A stretch of 61,101 bases of DNA from Gracilinanus agilis. Its lineage: Eukaryota. The notes under the pieces were generated by a model that made no database searches, was not told where the DNA came from, and worked only from the letters and a program-made list of their open reading frames with translations. Below are positions 10,781-21,570 of the stretch, piece after piece (positions within the stretch are counted from its first letter, which is position 1; each line of letters opens with the position of its first letter). The stretch lies in contig NC_058130.1 of NCBI RefSeq assembly GCF_016433145.1, positions 735,068,404-735,129,504 on the forward strand, written 5' to 3'. The translations under genes were made by a program, and so were the position numbers.

Positions 10781-10902
10781 TCGGGGGGGGGGGGGGGGCA
10801 GGCAAGGACTGTGCTGGGCATGGCCCCAGGGTAAACAGAGGTCTCCCCATTCTTTTAAAATCCTTACCTTCTGTCTTAGAATGGGTTCTAAAGGCAGCAA
10901 GA

Positions 10903-11100
10903 GGGGGCAGCTGGGTGACTCAGTGGATGGAGAGCCAGGCCTGGAGATGGGAGGTCCTGGGTTCAAATGTGGCCTCAGACCCTTCCCAGCTGTGTGTCCC
11001 TGGGCAAGTCCCTTGACCCCCATTGCCTAGCCCTTACCACTCTTCTGCCTTAGAACCAATACACAGTACTGATTCTAAGATGGAAGGTGAGGATTTTTAC
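10903..11100 (+). mobile_element. SINE1_Mdo-like SINE nested in an older minus-strand copy (10855-10900 and 11131-11275)
   Basis: ggggcagctgggtgactcagtgg ... gatggaaggtgagg, with fragments of a reverse-oriented copy on both sides. Confidence 0.8.
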
Positions 11101-11479
11101 AAATAAATTTTATAAATAAATAAATTTTTATTAATAAATAAATAAAATAAAAGCAAGAGCTAGGCAGTGGGGGTGAAGGGACTTGCCCAGGATCACACAG
11201 CATTTTGAGGGTGTCTTGAGACCAGCCCTCCTGACTCTATGCCTGATGCTCTATCCACTGTGCTACCTAGCTGCCCTTTTCACTATTCTTTTAAAAAATT
11301 TTTTATTTTGATAAATTTCCACATAAATTTTCCAAAGTTATATGATCCATATTGTCTTCCTCCCTTCTTCCCTCTCCCCTCCAGAGCTGGCAAACAGTTC
11401 CATCTGGATTATACAATGCATTATCACCATTCTTCTAAAAAAAAAAAAAACAACAAAAAACAAAAAACACAAAAAAAAC

Positions 11480-11640
11480 CCACCACCTTTCTGTCATAGA
11501 ATTGGTACTAAATATCAGTGTAGTAAGGGCAAATTTTATAAATAAAATGGAGGATTGAGTGACTTGTCCAGGGTCACACAGCTAGGAAGGGTCTGAGGTC
11601 ACATTTGAATCCAGGACCTCCCAGAACCCAAGCCTGACTC
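11480..11640 (-). mobile_element. SINE1_Mdo-like SINE
   Basis: caccttctgtc ... gtgacttgtccagggtcacacagctaggaag ... tttgaatccaggacctccc. Confidence 0.7.
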
Positions 11641-11877
11641 TTTATGGAACCCCCAATTCTTCCTGGGTGGCCCTTAAACACCTTGTTCTAGAGCCCCTTC
11701 ACGCTGAGGCATTGGGTTACTAGGGAGAAGGAGCCTTGAGGGGAATGTCCTGGTGTGGCCCTGACTCTCTGTGGGACCCTGGTTCTGTCCCGTGTTCCCC
11801 TCTGGGGGAGTGGGGCCCTGGAATACCAGGGAGCCCTTCCAGGCTTCCTGCTTCCATCCTGTCTTTGTCTCCTGCAG

Positions 11878-12072
11878 AGGGAGTACAGCCCCAACTGCAA
11901 GTTCATGGAACGGATTGAGGAGAATGGCTACAATACCTACGCTTCCCTCCGCTGGAGGCACGAAGGCCGGCAGATGTTCCTGGCCCTGGATGGACGGGGG
12001 GCCCCTCGGCAGGGTGGCCGGACACGCCGGCAGCACCTCTCCACCCACTTTCTGCCTATCTTGGTCTCCTAA
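11878..12072 (+). CDS. FGF22: Fibroblast growth factor 22, coding exon 3
   Basis: ctcctgcag acceptor, then [23 protein letters not shown]...[12 protein letters not shown] (TAA). Total CDS is 561 nt, or 186 aa. Confidence 0.96.
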   Translation, partial: REYSPNCKFMERIEENGYNTYASLRWRHEGRQMFLALDGRGAPRQGGRTRRQHLSTHFLPILVS

Positions 12073-13227
12073 GCCTGGACAGAGGGCCCCTGTGTGTAGA
12101 TATATACATATAGATATATATTTTTTTCCTCTATTTATTATTTTTTAAAAGACCAGCAGGGGAGAGGAAGACCTGGGGAAAAGGCCTAGCCCCGAAGATT
12201 CTGGGATGCTCAGCTTCCAGTGAAGGGGAGCCGCTGCTAGATCCAGGCCTCTGAGAAGGCCTGTATTTATCTGAGAATTTATCTGAGAAATCTGTATCAT
12301 ACAGAGGCTTGGAACACAAAAGTCAAGGATCAGGGCAGTCCTATTAACTTGCATTTCTACAGTGCTTTTAAGGCTTACGAAGTATTTTCCTCACAACAAA
12401 CCTATGGAGTAGGGAGTGTGAGTAAAATCATTCCCATTTTACAGAGGACAAAACTGAGGCCAGAAAAAGGAAGTGAATTGGCTAGGCACACACAGCTATA
12501 AATGGCTGAGTCAGGACTTAAACCCTAATCTCAACTTTAAGCTCACGATTTTCCTCTCTTCGCCGTAGCACTAGGTCCCCACCCTAAGGAGAGGAGAGGA
12601 GAGGGAGGGACTCAGGACACATCTGCCAAGCCCCCAAGAGGGCTCTGGCTTTCACAGTGGTGGCACAATGGGTTGGGAGGTTCACTTTGTCTATAATTCA
12701 CAAATGGAACTGTGACCTTCCCCACCAAGGACCTCAGTTTTCCCATCTGTACAGTGAAAGATGTTGAACTCAATGGTTTTTGACATTCTTTATTCTATGG
12801 GCCATTCCAGCTCTTGACATTCTACATTCTCTGTTCTAAAAAAATATACCTTCCAGCATTGATCGTCTATAGTCTATTGGCCTTGCGGTTCAGATATTCT
12901 GTATCCTTTGTTTGCTGGGCTCTTCTAACTCTGAATTTCCTGTAACTGTCCCATCCACCTGTGAACTCCAGCTCTGACCTAGGTTCTAAGGTCCTCTCCG
13001 GCTCTGGCATGCTAAGGAGAAGATGGCATTGAGAGCAAACCCAGTACAGGAAAATCCAGATTCCTAAAAGAAAATTAGGGCATAATGCTTTATAAAAAGA
13101 TCTGTGGAACTTTAAAATAGGACTTAATTTGCTGAAATTCAATTTCCTCTCTATCTGCCAAAAAGAATCCCAAGCTCAGTCATTTCTAAATGGCCGGTGC
13201 CCAGGCTAGATCTGGAACAGGGCCAGG

Positions 13228-13430
13228 GTAAATGGTGGTAAATGTTTAACAGCCAGCTTTCTGGGAGGACTTTTAAGTGAAGTCTGCATTATTAACCTTT
13301 TTTTCATCATTTTAAATCTAGACAATCAACAAAACAAGAAATCAAATGCTGCCTTGTAGTAATTGGCAATTTCTAAAATTTAACAATCAGCTCTTAAGAG
13401 GCTCTGGCTGGACTTGACCCAAAGCACTGA
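13228..13430. mobile_element. hAT (MER63/Blackjack-like) non-autonomous remnant
   Basis: ggtaaatgtttaacagccagct ... tttaacaatcagctct resembles recalled MER63 termini. Confidence 0.35.
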
Positions 13431-13781
13431 GAACTAGGTGCCTCCTGGCTTCCTCTGCACCATGCCAGGTACCAGAAGAAGGCTGGGCCCAGGTAAGGAG
13501 ATAGGTTGGCCCTAAGGCAAGATACGGTAGCGAAGTGACTCTATATCCCTCCCTGGTGGAAATACTAATGCTTTTTCTTTTGAGTTTCCTCTACTTCTCC
13601 ACTTTAATGCTCCTGAAATTTGGAAGGGATGGCTAGGAGAAAGAATATCAGAACAAGAAGGGTCCTTAGCCCTGCTAGGTGATGCCTAAAGATAAGAAGT
13701 TCTCCTTCCTGAAAGATATCTTCTCAAAGGGAGTTTGTCACTGTCAGATCCTCAGATGAAGAATGACCTCTTTATGAGTTT

Positions 13782-13787
13782 AATAAA
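13782..13787 (+). terminator. FGF22: Candidate FGF22 polyadenylation signal (first AATAAA I found after the stop)
   Basis: AATAAA about 1.7 kb downstream of the TAA. Not validated. Confidence 0.25.
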
Positions 13788-14552
13788 GGCTATCCCTTCC
13801 ATTCTCATATGCTTGTAGTGCCCTGAAGAGGGAGGCAGGACATGGATCATTACCCTCGTTTTACAGACAGGTAAGCTGAGGACCCAGATCGGGGAAGGGA
13901 CTTGCCCGAGGAGTCACATGTCAAAGATAGTGGTAGAGATAGTATGAAGAGGTCTTCTTTTCTAAAAAGAGGCAAGTCAAGAATTAGAATTGGGTCCCAG
14001 TCCTGGTTCCATCACTTATTTCCTATAAACCGTCAGCATGCCATTTTCTCCTTTCTATGCCTCAATTTTTTTCCTCCATTAAAGGAATATGTTGTGTGAG
14101 ATAAGACTAGTCCAACCAACCTCACTTGGTTGTTGTGATCTTTCTAAAGTGCTCATGAGAGAAACATGGGTGGCTATTCCAAATTCATGGCTTTTTCTAC
14201 TACTCTACCATGATGCTACTGAAACTTGGGAAGGATGGACAGGAAAAAGAATGTCAGAACAAGAAGAATCCTTAGAGGAACTATTGTCTGCCTCTCTCAT
14301 TTTATAGTGGAAGAAACGGAGGCCCACAGAGGGGAAGGGACTTACCCATGGCCATACTGTGACCTCATGCTAGAACCTCAGACTCAATTCCCAGTCTGGG
14401 GCCCTTTTTTCATCCAAGAGATTACTTATTTCTCATATCTGAGTAAAACCATAGGGTTTTATTCAATTCAGTTTCAACAAACTGAAAATAAAGTATGTTT
14501 GTGTGTGCAAAGGAAAGTTCAATACAAGGGATACAAAGCAAAAAACAAAATA

Positions 14553-14745
14553 GGGGGCAGCTGGGTAGCTCAGTGGATTGAGAACCAGGCCTTTAGACAG
14601 GAGGTCCTAGGTTCTGGCCTCAGACACTTCCTAGCTGGGTGACCCTGGGCAAGTCACTTGACCCCCCATTGCCTACCCTTACCACTCTTCTGCCTTGGAG
14701 CCAATACACAGTATTGATTCCAAGACGGAAGGTAAGGGTTTTTAA
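14553..14745 (+). mobile_element. SINE1_Mdo-like SINE, near full length
   Basis: gggggcagctgggtagctcagtggattgag ... gacggaaggtaagggttt with an A-rich tail. Confidence 0.88.
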
Positions 14746-14859
14746 AAATAAATTAAAAAATAAAACCTTTTCACAAAGAGCTTACATTCTTCTGGGAGTT
14801 CTTGCCTATTCAAATGAGGGGAGCTGGGGGAACAGGAGAACCTAAGAGGTAATTTTATT

Positions 14860-15085
14860 TTCCCATTACCTATACTTATTCCCCTAATTTCTTTTATTGC
14901 CTTATTTCTATAGTAAGCATTTCTAGCACTCTATCAATCAAATAGTAAAGGATGATGACGGACATCCTTGCTTTACCCCTAGTCTTAATTGGAAAAGCTT
15001 CCAGTTTAATGCCAATACAGGGAATGGTGGTTCTTGGTTTCAGATAACAGGAATAGATATTGACAAGAAGGTCCTCCACGCCCCC
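14860..15085 (-). mobile_element. L1 ORF2 (RT) fragment
   Basis: Minus-strand translation YLKPRTTIPCIGIKLEAFPIKT...LEMLTIEIRQ matches the L1 RT motif KPTANIILNGEKLKAFPL...LEVLARAIRQ. Confidence 0.8.
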
Positions 15086-16214
15086 ATTTCTCCTTCCTTA
15101 CTACCCTTTAGCTACATCGAGCTCAGGCCCACAGCCCTATGGCATCACTCTCTTAGCAGGGAGGAAGGATACATTACCTCAATTCTGAATTAAAACTCTG
15201 TCCTCCTCTCTTCAAGGGAGAGGCCAAGGGAATGTTTTTTTCTCTACTCTGTCCAAAGGGAAACACCCTATATTAAGACTAGGACATGCACTTGGGTACC
15301 TGGGGCCTGAATCACCAAGAAGCCAAGGCCCTTCCCAAGGAGAGAATGGCAGCATGTGGCAAGAGCCCAAGAGGAACCATTCTTCTGGGAACAGCAGGTC
15401 TGACTGGCATTTGGGACTCATGCACATCAACTCATTTCCATTAGATTGTAAACTCCTTGAGGGCAGGGACCATCTTTTGTCTCTTTGTATTCCCAGCCTG
15501 GAGAACAGTGCCTGGCACATAGTTGATGCTTAATAAATGTTGATCAGTTGACTGATCTATTCCTAATTCTAGGCAGCCTGTTGCAGATAGGGGTGTTAGC
15601 TATGGAGATCAGATTGGGAATTGGACTGAACTGGAAGACTTGGTATAATGTATGAGTATCTTGGAAGCCAGGAAGCTTCCTCTGATACTGACTCCTGGAA
15701 GGTTCTCATCCCCTTTTTGGAGTCTGAACTCCTGGGGTGCCAATGCTCTGCCACAGGGAATGGGGAAACAGGTTTCCCAGTTAGCTCAAAAAATACCAAG
15801 CACTGAAGGAAGACATCTTGCCTGGAAGGACCTTTTGGGTCTCTGGGCTCACAGGATCCATTAGGAGCTGAGACAGAGGGGAGGGAATGGCCCTGAGGTA
15901 GAAGGACCTTTTGGATACTGAAGAAGCCAGTCCTCATTCTGGAACACAGCCCTCTGCTGCTTCTATTATCTCTATGTCTGGTAATGAGTGTAGCTGGTCT
16001 ACTAGCGTGGGAGGCATGATGGTAACTGTGGGCAGGGACCTGGACCTTGTTGTTAGTCTTGGTGCTGTTGCTGAATAAACTGGAAGACCTTGGGTGAGTC
16101 ACTCCTTGTCTCAGAGAGTTGTGGAAAGCAGACAAGGTGCTGGACTTGGACATTAGGAAGTCCTGGATACAAATGACCAACTCCTTCAGCCTTTCTCTTC
16201 AAAATGGGTTAGAA

Positions 16215-16414
16215 GGGGCAGTTGGGTGGCTCAGTAGATTGAGAGTCAGACCCAGAGATGGGAGGTCCTGGATTCAAATAGGACCTCAGATACTTCCTAG
16301 ATGTGTGACCCTGGGCAAGTCACTTAACTCCCATTGCCTAGCCCTGACCACTCTTCTGCCTTAGAACCAATACACTGTATTGATTCTAAGACAGAAGGTA
16401 AGGGTTGAAAAAGT
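16215..16414 (+). mobile_element. SINE1_Mdo-like SINE with TSD
   Basis: Full body. The 12-bp TSD aaaatgggttag occurs at 16201-16212 and 16415-16426. Confidence 0.9.
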
Positions 16415-17029
16415 AAAATGGGTTAGGATAGAAGCTGAAGGCAAAGAGAGGGCTACAATACTGGACTTGGTGTTGGGAAATTATGAAATCAAATTTTGCT
16501 TCATCTACTTAGCAGTGTGACTCTAGGAAAGTCCCTTAAACTCAGCCTCAGTTTCCTCATCTGTAAAATGGAGAACAGCACCCACCTCCCAGGGTTGTTG
16601 TAAGACTCAAATGAGATAACAAATGTGAAGTTCTTCACAAATCTTAAAGAGCTATACAAAGTCATATTATTCTATTATTGTTGACCTGTCAGAGCCTTTG
16701 AAAAGAGATGATCACTTTTCTCACTCTCACAGAGCAATAAAGTATGTTTTTTAAAAATCTGTGAAAAATCAGAAAATGTGAAGAAGTAACAAATTATTCT
16801 GACGGGGTAAAAAAATAGGTTCTGATAAGAAATAATTAAGCAAAATGAGAAGGATTAAGGGGAAATAAGTCTTTACCTTCAAGAGCAACTGTATTACCTA
16901 TCCAGGGATAATTAAAGAGGTTAGCCCAGGCCCGGTACCTAGTGGGTGTTATATAAACACGCTATAAATTGCTTATTTAAAGCAAGAGGATGTATAGCTG
17001 GATGTAAGGAGAACAGCTGGGAAGGATCT

Positions 17030-17455
17030 CTTTTGTTGTTGAGTCATTTCAGTCACGTCCAATTCTTCATGACCTCATTTGAGGTTTTCTTGGCAAAGAT
17101 CCTGGAGTAGTGGGGCAGCTGGGTAGCACAGGGGGAGAACCTGAGTTCAAATATAGCCTCAGACATCTTATCTGTGTGACCCTGGGCAAGTCACTTAACC
17201 CCAAGCAGCCCTTGCTGCTCTTCTGTCATAAAATTGATACTAAATCAGAAGGTATAAGGTTTGTTTGTTTTTTAAAAAGATATTAGACTAGTTTGTCATT
17301 TCCTTTCCTGGCTCATTTTCCAAATAAGGAAACTGAGGCAAAGGGAGTTAAATGACTTGCCCAGGGTCACACTGCTAGGAAGCCTGTGAGGGCACATTTG
17401 AATTCAGATCTCCCTTCCTCCAGGCTCAGCACTCCAACCACTGTGCCATCTAGCA
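17030..17455 (-). mobile_element. MAR1-like SINE (minus) interrupted by a plus-strand SINE1 copy (~17113-17280)
   Basis: gttgttgagtcatttcagtc ... ttggcaaagatcctggag, then an inserted ggggcagctgggtagc..., then gtcatttcc ... aaggaaactgaggca. Confidence 0.65.
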
Positions 17456-17814
17456 GGCCCAGAGAAGGTTCTCAGAGACCGTTCAATCCAATTCTGTCCT
17501 TGTACAGAGAAGGAAATTGAGGTTCAGAGAAGGAGAGTCCAAGATTACGATGCGAGGACTTTGGGCTCCTGAGTCTTTTGCTCTTTTTGTTCCGGACTTT
17601 AATTCTTGAACTTTAGCTAGCTTAGATGTGAATCTCCTAGATCAGGGCACTAAATCAGGTCATAAACATTTTGGTCATCTGTCCTAAGGGAGGAAACAAG
17701 ACTTCACAGTTAGACCCAACAGAGATGCCACGGGAACGGAATAGCATCCCCTTAAAGGCAGGTCCAGAGTCCCTGTTTGAAATGGCTTTGCAACTGCTAC
17801 CTTCTCCCCTCCAA

Positions 17815-18004
17815 TTCTTACCTTCTGCCTTAGAATGGATACTAAAAATCGGTTCTAAGGCAGAAGAGCGGTCAGGGCTAGGCAGTGGGGGTTAAGTGAC
17901 TTGCCCAGGGTCACACAGCTAGGAAGTGTCTGAGGCCAGATTGAACCCAGGACCTTCTGTCTCTAGGCCTGGCTCTCCATCCCCTGAGCCACCTGGCTGC
18001 CCCT
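17815..18004 (-). mobile_element. SINE1_Mdo-like SINE
   Basis: ttcttaccttctgcc ... gagccacctggctgcccc. Confidence 0.85.
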
Positions 18005-19069
18005 AAACAGGACAAGTTTAATTCTTCTTCCATGGAGCAAGCAGGGGAAGGAAGGAAGGGAGGAGAGGAAGGAAGATACCCTCCCAGGATTGCAGGACCC
18101 ATTAGATTGGGATAATGATGTCTAATACACATAGTTCTTTAAAGCTTGCGTATATCATCTCACTTAGGTATTATTATTATCTCTGTTTTTATAGATGAGG
18201 AAGCTGAGGCTGAGAAAGAAATAATTGACTTGCTTTTTAACACAGCCAAAAAGTGTCTCGAGGCAGGATTTCAACTCTGGACTCCCTGACTCCAAGCCCT
18301 GAATGCTATCCACTGTGTTAACTGGTCGGCCCCTTCTGGATTTCCAGGTCGTCAGATTGCCCGTCCATATTCTTGGAGTGAGAGGAAGGGGAGCCTAGGA
18401 ATCTTGGGGGCGAGAAGGTGGGGCTGGCAGGCTGGGCGCCGGCTGACACGTGCCCTGTCTTTTGGGGAGAACAGATTTCAAAAGGCTCAAAGAAAGGGCA
18501 GCCAGGACCCCAAGTATAAACTTCTGCCAGACTGGGAAACGCGAGAAGGTCTCCGAGAACAAAATTCTGACGGCCAAGCACAATGCCAGGTACCAGAGGG
18601 GAGGCTGAGGCTAGCAGATCTCTCATAACGAGTGCTAAACTGCGGTGTCTGAAACAAGTCTGGCATGAATATGGTGAGAGGGAGGAGAGGAGGGTGGCTA
18701 CAAGGCTACCTGTGGAGGATGCCAGCTGAGGATTCCAATGAAGAAATAGCTCATGGACCAAAATAGATTTTGTAAAGGACCCGTGTAAAAGCAGAAGCCA
18801 GGCAAGGTTGTGGAGGCCGAATGGAAAGAGTGGCACAATTTTCAAAGGAGAGCAGCAGGGATGAGAAAGCTTAGAACGAGCTAAGGCAGATAAGAAATGC
18901 TAAGGGGAAAATGTATCTTTTTAGTGGCACTGAGAAAAAAAAATAGATCAAAGAAAGGATTGAACAGCAGCTCGGGGTGGACTGGACAATACTGATAGAA
19001 ATTCTTTAGCTTCTCTTTTCTTTTGGCAAGAATAACCTTTCGAGAACAGGACAAAAATAAATTAATTCA

Positions 19070-19385
19070 TCATCGCTGTTCTTGGAGTTCAAGATGGCAC
19101 AGTATCATTAGAATTTTGCTCCCCAAAACTCTCTTTCCCAGCTTTCCATGTTCCTTCTCACGTTACGTGCTAATGCAGGGAGGATATATTTTTGTGTAGC
19201 TCTGTTCTCTCTCTCCCAGAAATGTGGCTGTGGAGGTGGGATGAGGTGAGAGGCAGGAGAATTTTACCCACGTGTTCTTTACTTAGGCTTTCTAATTTTG
19301 TTTATTTCTTCTACTTTAAGTGATTATTAATAAACTTTATAAAATATAATACTTGGAGTTACTAGATATTAATTTAAATTTTACA
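19070..19385 (+). mobile_element. LTR-like remnant within the CR1/L3
   Basis: Contains aagatggc and AATAAA (~19329), and ends attaatttaaattttaCA like marsupial LTRs. The L3 sequence resumes immediately after. Confidence 0.4.
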
Positions 19386-19659
19386 TTACCCAATGGCCTG
19401 CAATGAATCCAAGTCACTTGGCCCTGGGTGGGCTACACTGCAGGTTTCTTAAAGAACTGCTCCATGTGACTTTTGAGTCATTCACTGTCCATAATTTGGG
19501 TGACATGACAGAAGAGAGAAGAATCTCCAGATTTTTTAAAAAGGGAAGAGAGGCTGTGATTTACAGGGCAGTAGGGAAATGATTTTGGCTTCTGAATGCA
19601 TCAGGATGGCCAGTCACCCTTTCAAAAAGAAGGAATAAGCTATAAGCTAGCATTGCTCT

Positions 19660-20110
19660 TCCCAACTCCTTTCTTTTTTTTTTGTTTTTAAATCTGAAAT
19701 CAATTAATTGATTTATAATATTTTCCATGGTTCCATGATTCATGTTCTTTCCCTCCCCTCCGTGAGCCAACAAGCAATTCCACTGGGTTTCACATGTGTC
19801 ATTGATCAGGACCTCTTTTTCACATTATTGATATTTGTACTAGGATGATCAATTACATCAGTGGTTCCCAAACTTTTTTGGCCTACCGCCCCCTTTCCAG
19901 AAAAAAATATTACTTAGCCCCCTGGAAATTAATAAAAAAAATTTTAATAGCAATTAATAGGAAAGATAAATGCACCTGTGGCTATCACTGCCGTCCTGGA
20001 TCGCTGCAGCACCCACCAGGGGGTGGTGGTGCCTGCTTTGGGAATCACTGATTTAGAGTCTATATCCCCAATCATATTACTCATGCCAACTCTCTTCTTT
20101 CAACAGGGAT
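19660..20110 (-). mobile_element. L1 3' end fragment (host of the hAT MITE)
   Basis: T-rich head, then aagcaattccactgggtt ... ggatgatc | atttagagtctatatccccaatc, typical of didelphid L1 3' UTR in reverse. Confidence 0.6.
19859..20050 (+). mobile_element. hAT/Charlie-type MITE, copy 1 (192 bp)
   Basis: TIRs cagtggttcccaaa / tttgggaatcactg. The 8-bp flanks aattacat / atttagag form a degenerate TSD, and the right flank fits the Charlie target nTnTAGAn. Confidence 0.8.
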
Positions 20111-21414
20111 ATTAAGAGAAATATTGTAGATCTCGTTTTACCTTGATTTTAGTAAAGCATCTCGCACATCCTTCCTCTCCCTTTGTGGAGAAGAGAGGTA
20201 TGGGGACTAGATGGTAGATGGATTCAGGAACAATGATGATCTCTACAGTGGCCAAAGAGGAGTCGTTACTGATGGGTGCTAACTTGGAGGTTCTCGAGTG
20301 GAGCACACCCAGGATCTGTCTTTGTCACTGTTATTTTAACACTTTTTATCAATGTCAAGGATGAAAGCAGAGGGCAGCGTGCCTAGCAGAGTTGCGAATG
20401 ACTCTGTGTGGGGAGAGATAGCTAAGAGGCTGGATTATAAAGATGCCAAAGGACTAAAAATAGGAGCCAAATTTAATGTGGAATTAAGGTTTATGGTAGT
20501 GCAAGATGGGGGATAAGCTTGACTGGATGAGTTTGGGTAAAAAAAGATGTAGGGGCTTCAGGGTGAAAAGCGTAATGGGAATTAAGAGTGAGCCACAGCA
20601 TCCAAAAAAGCAGCAATCTTAGAAGGTTGAGAGAAACTGAGTGCCCCCAAAGTGGGAGATGGGAGATAACACAGGAGCCCTGCTCTAACCAGAATACACC
20701 CAGAGCAACGGTTTAGTCCTGGGTGGCACTTGAAGGACGTGGACAAGTTTGAAGCGTATCAGGGATGGCGAGGGGCCTTAAAAATTAAGCCAGATAAGCC
20801 CCTAGGCAAAGATCTGGGAATTTTACATCTGAAGAGCAGACTTGGGGGGAAGGAGGGGTGGCAAGACATGTGATAACTGTCTTCGATTATCGAAAACCTG
20901 TCTTGTTAGGTCCTGGAGGGAAGAATTATGAGCTGTGGGTGGCAATTGGAAAGAAGTCGGTTGGGCTTCAAAAAAGAACTTCCTAATATTTCTCCAAATG
21001 GAATGGGATGCCTCCAGCAGTGGTGGGTCTCCCTTCATCCAAGGTCTTCAGAAGGTCACTCAGGGGATGTGCTGTTTTATAAGGATTCTTGGTCAGGTAG
21101 AAGTTGGACTACTTGGATTCTAAAATCCCATCCAATACTGACTGGTTGACTCCCTTCCTGGTCCCCAGTACCAAATGGTGCTATGGAGGTGGCACCTACA
21201 GCTGCCTGGTGCCACCTAGAGGTGGCATCTCAGATCCTCAGTCATTCATTGTAACCTCTTCCCCCATCCCACTATGTAAGGATTCTATCATCCCCCTGCA
21301 GACCTCTAGGGATGAGGCAATCCATTCTGCTGTGGAACACCTGGCTGTTAGTTTAGGCCCCCATCATCTTTTGTCTAGATTATGGCGATAGCCATTAAAC
21401 AAACAAACAAACCA

Positions 21415-21570
21415 AAAAACCCTTATCGTCTTAGAAACAATTCTAAGACAGAAGGGCAAGGGCTAGGCAAATGGGGGTAAGTGACTTGCCCAGGGTCATA
21501 AAGCTAGGAAGTGTCTGAGGTTGGCCTTGAACACAGGTTCCTCTGACTCCACACCTTGCTGCCCCCCAAT
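21415..21570 (-). mobile_element. SINE1_Mdo-like SINE
   Basis: aaacccttatcgtcttag ... gtgacttgcccagggtc ... gctgcccccc. Confidence 0.75.

Larger units (their letters stand above)
18350..21100 (+). mobile_element. Old CR1/L3 LINE (ORF2/RT and 3' end), interrupted by younger insertions
   Basis: Degenerate CR1 motifs occur in order: KxVYxRWK / RKAKAxLEL / KxFFxY (18700-19050), PGPDxxHPRVLKE (19400-19470), DxxYLDFSKA and SGxPQGSV (20120-20330), then an L3 3' UTR (aatgggatgcctccagcagtggtgggtctccc) near 21000. Confidence 0.7.

Noticed and set aside
4272-12513. Six perfect AP-1 sites (TGA[C/G]TCA) across FGF22
   Set aside because: I counted about 20 across the whole window, several inside SINEs, so the local excess is only about 2-fold and unconvincing.
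14553-14640. tRNA-like A/B boxes (gtagctcagtgg ... ggttc) at many positions
   Set aside because: These are heads of tRNA-derived SINEs with SINE bodies and TSDs, not tRNA genes.
15596-16180. 194-aa minus-strand ORF in the FGF22-RNF126 gap
   Set aside because: Non-ATG start inside SINE-like sequence, Ser/His/Pro-rich with no recognisable homology or exon signals. A BLASTP or PhyloCSF result would be needed to revive it.
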